From contig CM074821.1 in the NCBI GenBank assembly GCA_037447605.1, forward strand, positions 868,001 to 932,000: 64,000 nt of DNA, given 5' to 3'. This DNA comes from Zygnema circumcarinatum SAG 698-1b (lineage: Eukaryota; Plantae; Zygnematophyceae). The number at the start of each line of letters is the position of its first letter. Position 1 is the first letter of the stretch. The notes below the pieces were generated by a model. That model ran no database searches. It saw only the letters and a list, made by a program, of their open reading frames with translations, and was not told the origin of the DNA. Positions 60,265 to 64,000 of this stretch are shown one piece after another. Position numbers and translations under genes: made by a program.

Positions 60265-62747
60265 TTTAATTTTCGACATTTTCCATCCAAATTTGTGAAC
60301 CGTGAACCGTACGGTCGTCCCACGACGACCCCCGGGTCATGTCATGATGGGAGTTGACCATGGTCACCATAACATGCCATGTAGGAACGTACGGCCTACG
60401 ACAGTAGGCATGTACGGCCTAGCCCTTCGCCCCGATCCGATTTGCAGTTCCCAAAATCGGAAGTGAATCTGCGCGTACCTCCCGTGTGCTTGGAGGCGGA
60501 CCAGTTTTATCATTTCTTTCTTTCTTTTTTTTTTTTCAATTTGAGGCACCTTCGAGAAACAATAATTTTCCTTCTCGGATTTTGTCTGACCTTCCATGAT
60601 GTCCGCCAATCACAAGGCGGCGTGTAGTTTTTCAAGCGGTCCGTTTTCTTTTGTTCCGGTACTTGACCCTGCCCTCAGAAATATTTTTTATTTCCAAACT
60701 GAGCATTCCCTCCAAAAATCCGCAAAAAACGTACAATTAAAAATATGTATCCGTACATTAAAACCGTACGGCTCGCTCCCGTTGGTACGTTTCGCCCGCA
60801 AAAAAAACACAGTTGACCGCAACGGACCAGTCCGCTTGCGTCTCCATTTCATTTGAAATCGATACAGCGCACGTCCTTTGCGAAGTACCCCCTCCGACCT
60901 GCGCCATCTCCAGACTTTGCCCCCTGGCCCTGTTCTCCTTTCTCACTCCCTCTCCCTCCCCCACTCTTCCTCTCCCTTTTTCTACCAATAAGAAGTCGAC
61001 ACGTGGCAGCCTGAGGTCGCTCCATCCCCGGCCCGGCTCAGCGGGGAGGGGACAGCTGGACGCCTGCTCGGAGGGGTACGTGGCATGTGTCAATGGATGC
61101 CAGCTGGCAAGCGTCCTAGCATTTGTAGGGTTGAAGGATGTGCAGGGGATGGCTGCTCCGTTCACCCTAAATTCTGTGATTGGGGGGTGGGGGAGGAGAG
61201 GAGGAGAGGGTGGATGAAGGGGTTCAGAGCTCTACGATTGGGTTAGGGGAGAGAGGCAACAGTGGGGGGCGGGAGAGGGTTTCGCTTTGAATTGGTATAT
61301 ATTGTTTCTAGAAGTCTGATTTGCTCAATTTGAATGTTGGAACTGTGCATAGAAACGGGCACAAAGGAGGGTGACGGGGCAGAGCGATTCCCTCCTCCAG
61401 CTGTCGCATGTAGGCATTTTTGTTGTGATGTATGCAGCGTGGTTGTGGATTTCAAATTTGTAAAACAGTTGATTGATGCAGGGAGGGATTTTTCTTCAGT
61501 AGCCCTAAATGCAAAGGTCCAGGCAAAAAAAAACTGTCATGTTAAGCAAGATGCACGTATCGCCAGTTGGTTTTGAGAAGTGGAATACGGGAGCAGATTC
61601 CACCTAGTTTCTGTTAAGTCGAACCTTGAAAAAGGGCTGATTCATTGAGTTAGCTTACAACACTATGTTCACCTGCTTCGTGAAAGAAGCGTGTTAGAGC
61701 TGAACGGAATTCTTGAAAGGGTAATTAGGGTTAGAAAGGAGAGAAGCCTTAAGGGGGACTTCTGAATGTGAGACCTCTCCACTGAGGCATATTGAGAGAG
61801 GGACTTTCTGGAGAAGGAGTGGAGGATAGGAGGAAGGGAGAGGCAACAGTTGAACTGAGTGGGGATGAGAGACATGCATTCGTCTAGTGAGGAAGATTGT
61901 AGGCTATGGAAGGAGAGTTCAGAAAGCGATAGACTATTGGTAAGGCGTTGGATGAGGGCCTTCATAAGTTGAATCAAAAGCTGGAGGTAGGCTGAAGGAA
62001 AGGAAGGTCACTGTTGTTTTGAAAGGAGAGGAAGGGATGTATAAAGATGAAAAAGGAATAGGGTGAGATGAAGCCAAAGTGTGAGAATGGAGTGAATAGA
62101 GGGTCGAATATAGGTGGATGATGGGTGAGGGAAATGATGGATGGCTGGTAACTGAATCACAGAGAAGGTGTATCGGCAGGGATCAAGCAAGTAGATGAGT
62201 GTGATAGAGGTGGGAGGATCCTGGAAGAAGAATGCAATCGCTCAGGCTTTGCATGTGATGGCCAGCGAGCAAATGCGGTGGCATAGAATGAGAGATGAAT
62301 TGGGTAACAGGGAGTGAAGATGAAAGAAAGAAAGTGTTCCAGTCGGGGATTCCGTAAACAACAAGGACTTGTTTTACCAGATTGTGTTGTTGGGTTATCT
62401 TCAATTAGGTCTTGTTCATGATGTGTTTCATTAACTGGGTATTTTCCATGCGTTGTTCCATCTGTAAGTGGTCTACTTCAATATGGTGCTGCATCACTCC
62501 TCCTACTTTGTACCTTCCTGAGAATGACAGACGACCTTTTCTCCTCTTCAAACCAGCCAAAGCACGCATTCCTCCAACCCTAAATGAAAAGTTATCATCA
62601 CACCTAAAACTTAACACTGACCCTTCTGCAGGCAGGTGACCTGCTGGTTGGCGGTCACAAATCCGGCTCGCCCCGTCCCTTAGTCCGGCGGTCCTGCAGC
62701 GCCTCTTGGTAGCTTATCCAAACTCCTCTCTTTTCCTCTTCATCAGA

Positions 62748-62908
62748 ATGAGCAGCCAAGTGGCAGCTCCTCAACACACCAGACCAATTGCAGCCAATGG
62801 CGGAAACCGCCGCCGCATGGAACGGGATGTGGGAGGCAATTCTGGGCCTTCTCGATCAGACAGTGCAAACTGGCGATCAGGGACAACGCAAAACACTCGA
62901 TTAGGAGG

Positions 62909-62949
<41 letters not shown>

Positions 62950-64000
62950 GAGGAGGAGTGGGAGGAGGAGGAGGAGGAGGAGGAGGAGGAGGAGGAGGAG
63001 GAGGAGGAGGAGGAGGAGGAGGAGGAGGAGGAGGAGGAGGAGGAGTGGGAGGAGGAGTGGGAGGAGGAGGCAATAACAGCAGCCGAGGGGGCCCACAGGC
63101 TTCTTCCCTGGGAACTGCTCCCCCACCCCAAGGGCCGGCAAGTGGGGGCCCCTCTGCTAGAAGCTTGGTGGTTGAGAAATTGCTGCCTCCCTCTGTAGGA
63201 GGAGGGAGAGAGGAGGCATTGGGAGTGTTCAAGGACAACGTTCCATATGACCGTTTTGTGCTCATGGCTACCTGCCTTATAGGCCAAACTGTGGAAGTGC
63301 AGACAAAACTGGGGCCGGTGTATACCGGAATATTCCACACTGCCCAAGAACGTGATTTTGGTCAGTTCTGCAGATTTCACGTTAACTCCGTTTGGTGTAG
63401 GTCTATTGCTGTGAGGGGTTGGCCAGTTTGGATTGCCCCAAGTTTTGGAGGAGTTTGGTTGTCAGATTGACTGTTTTGCTTGGTGGTGGGGAACAGGAGT
63501 GGTCTTGAAAATGGCGAGGCAAACCAAGGACCTTGTGAATATGAAGAGTCCGGCAGTGAAGGAAGCTGCACGCAAACCTCCTTCCAAAATTCTGATCATC
63601 AATGCAAAAGACTGTGTTCAAATCATTGCCAAGGTGAGTAGTAATCTCTGTCATCTCCACCATGAGACAGACTGATAGTTCTCTAAATCGAAAAAAACGC
63701 TATAGTTTAGAAAAAAAAATGCTCGCTCCATCCATCCATTTTCGAAGTCCTTTGGCAGACCCCAAAAGGAAAAGCTGTTTATCAAGAAAGAGATATGGAC
63801 TGGGTTTATGCTGGGTTTGGGGAGTAAAACTGGGCTAGTAAGCTGGAAATGCTAATTGGACAATCCTTAAAAGTGCTTGTCAACCTAAGAGAGAATTGAA
63901 GTCTGGCTATGCAGGATGTTACCCTGGGGGGAGATTCACAAATGAATGGAAAGCTGCGAGATTACAAAGGGGAGCTTGTAACAGACACGGGAATCTCAAA
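62748..64000 (+). CDS. CID3/CID4: Ataxin-2 homolog (CID3/CID4-like), 5' exons; continues beyond the window
   Basis: Exons 62748-63360, 63497-63633, 63915->64000; Sm-ATX motif; exon 3 contains ELVTDTGIS, typical of the region preceding LsmAD. Confidence 0.88.
62910..63071 (+). repeat. Coding (GCA)12-(GGA)n repeat giving Ala12 and a 42-residue Gly-rich tract
   Basis: Directly visible in exon 1 of the ataxin-2 homolog. Confidence 0.9.

Noticed and set aside
62743-63380. Antisense poly-L, poly-P and poly-S/C ORFs
   Set aside because: Shadows of the (GCA)n(GGA)n coding repeat.

Overview
Eukaryotic nuclear DNA from a draft assembly with many N gaps. The genes are plant-type with GT-AG introns, most consistent with a streptophyte alga or early land plant (inference). 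The left end holds an intronless VIT/CCC1 (VTL-type) metal transporter. About 5.5-29.4 kb is a stack of nested LTR retrotransposons: four Ty1/copia copies, one Ty3/gypsy and two solo LTRs, several with exact 5-bp TSDs. MULE-type foldback MITEs follow. The right half is a gene block: a CDK-like (At1g54610-type) kinase (+), a DUF266/BC10-type glycosyltransferase (-), a ZUP1/Mug105-like peptidase C78 (-), a truncated ataxin-2 (CID3/4) paralog (+), a YjjX-type ITP/XTPase (+), and the 5' part of a second, apparently complete ataxin-2 gene (+). The best candidate for something new is a predicted chimeric gene. The duplicated ataxin-2 Sm-domain exons can splice in frame, through canonical sites, onto the YjjX exons (463 aa), downstream of a dense array of MSA-like (CCGTTGGAT) motifs. 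All domain calls are by motif recognition only; no database searches were run.
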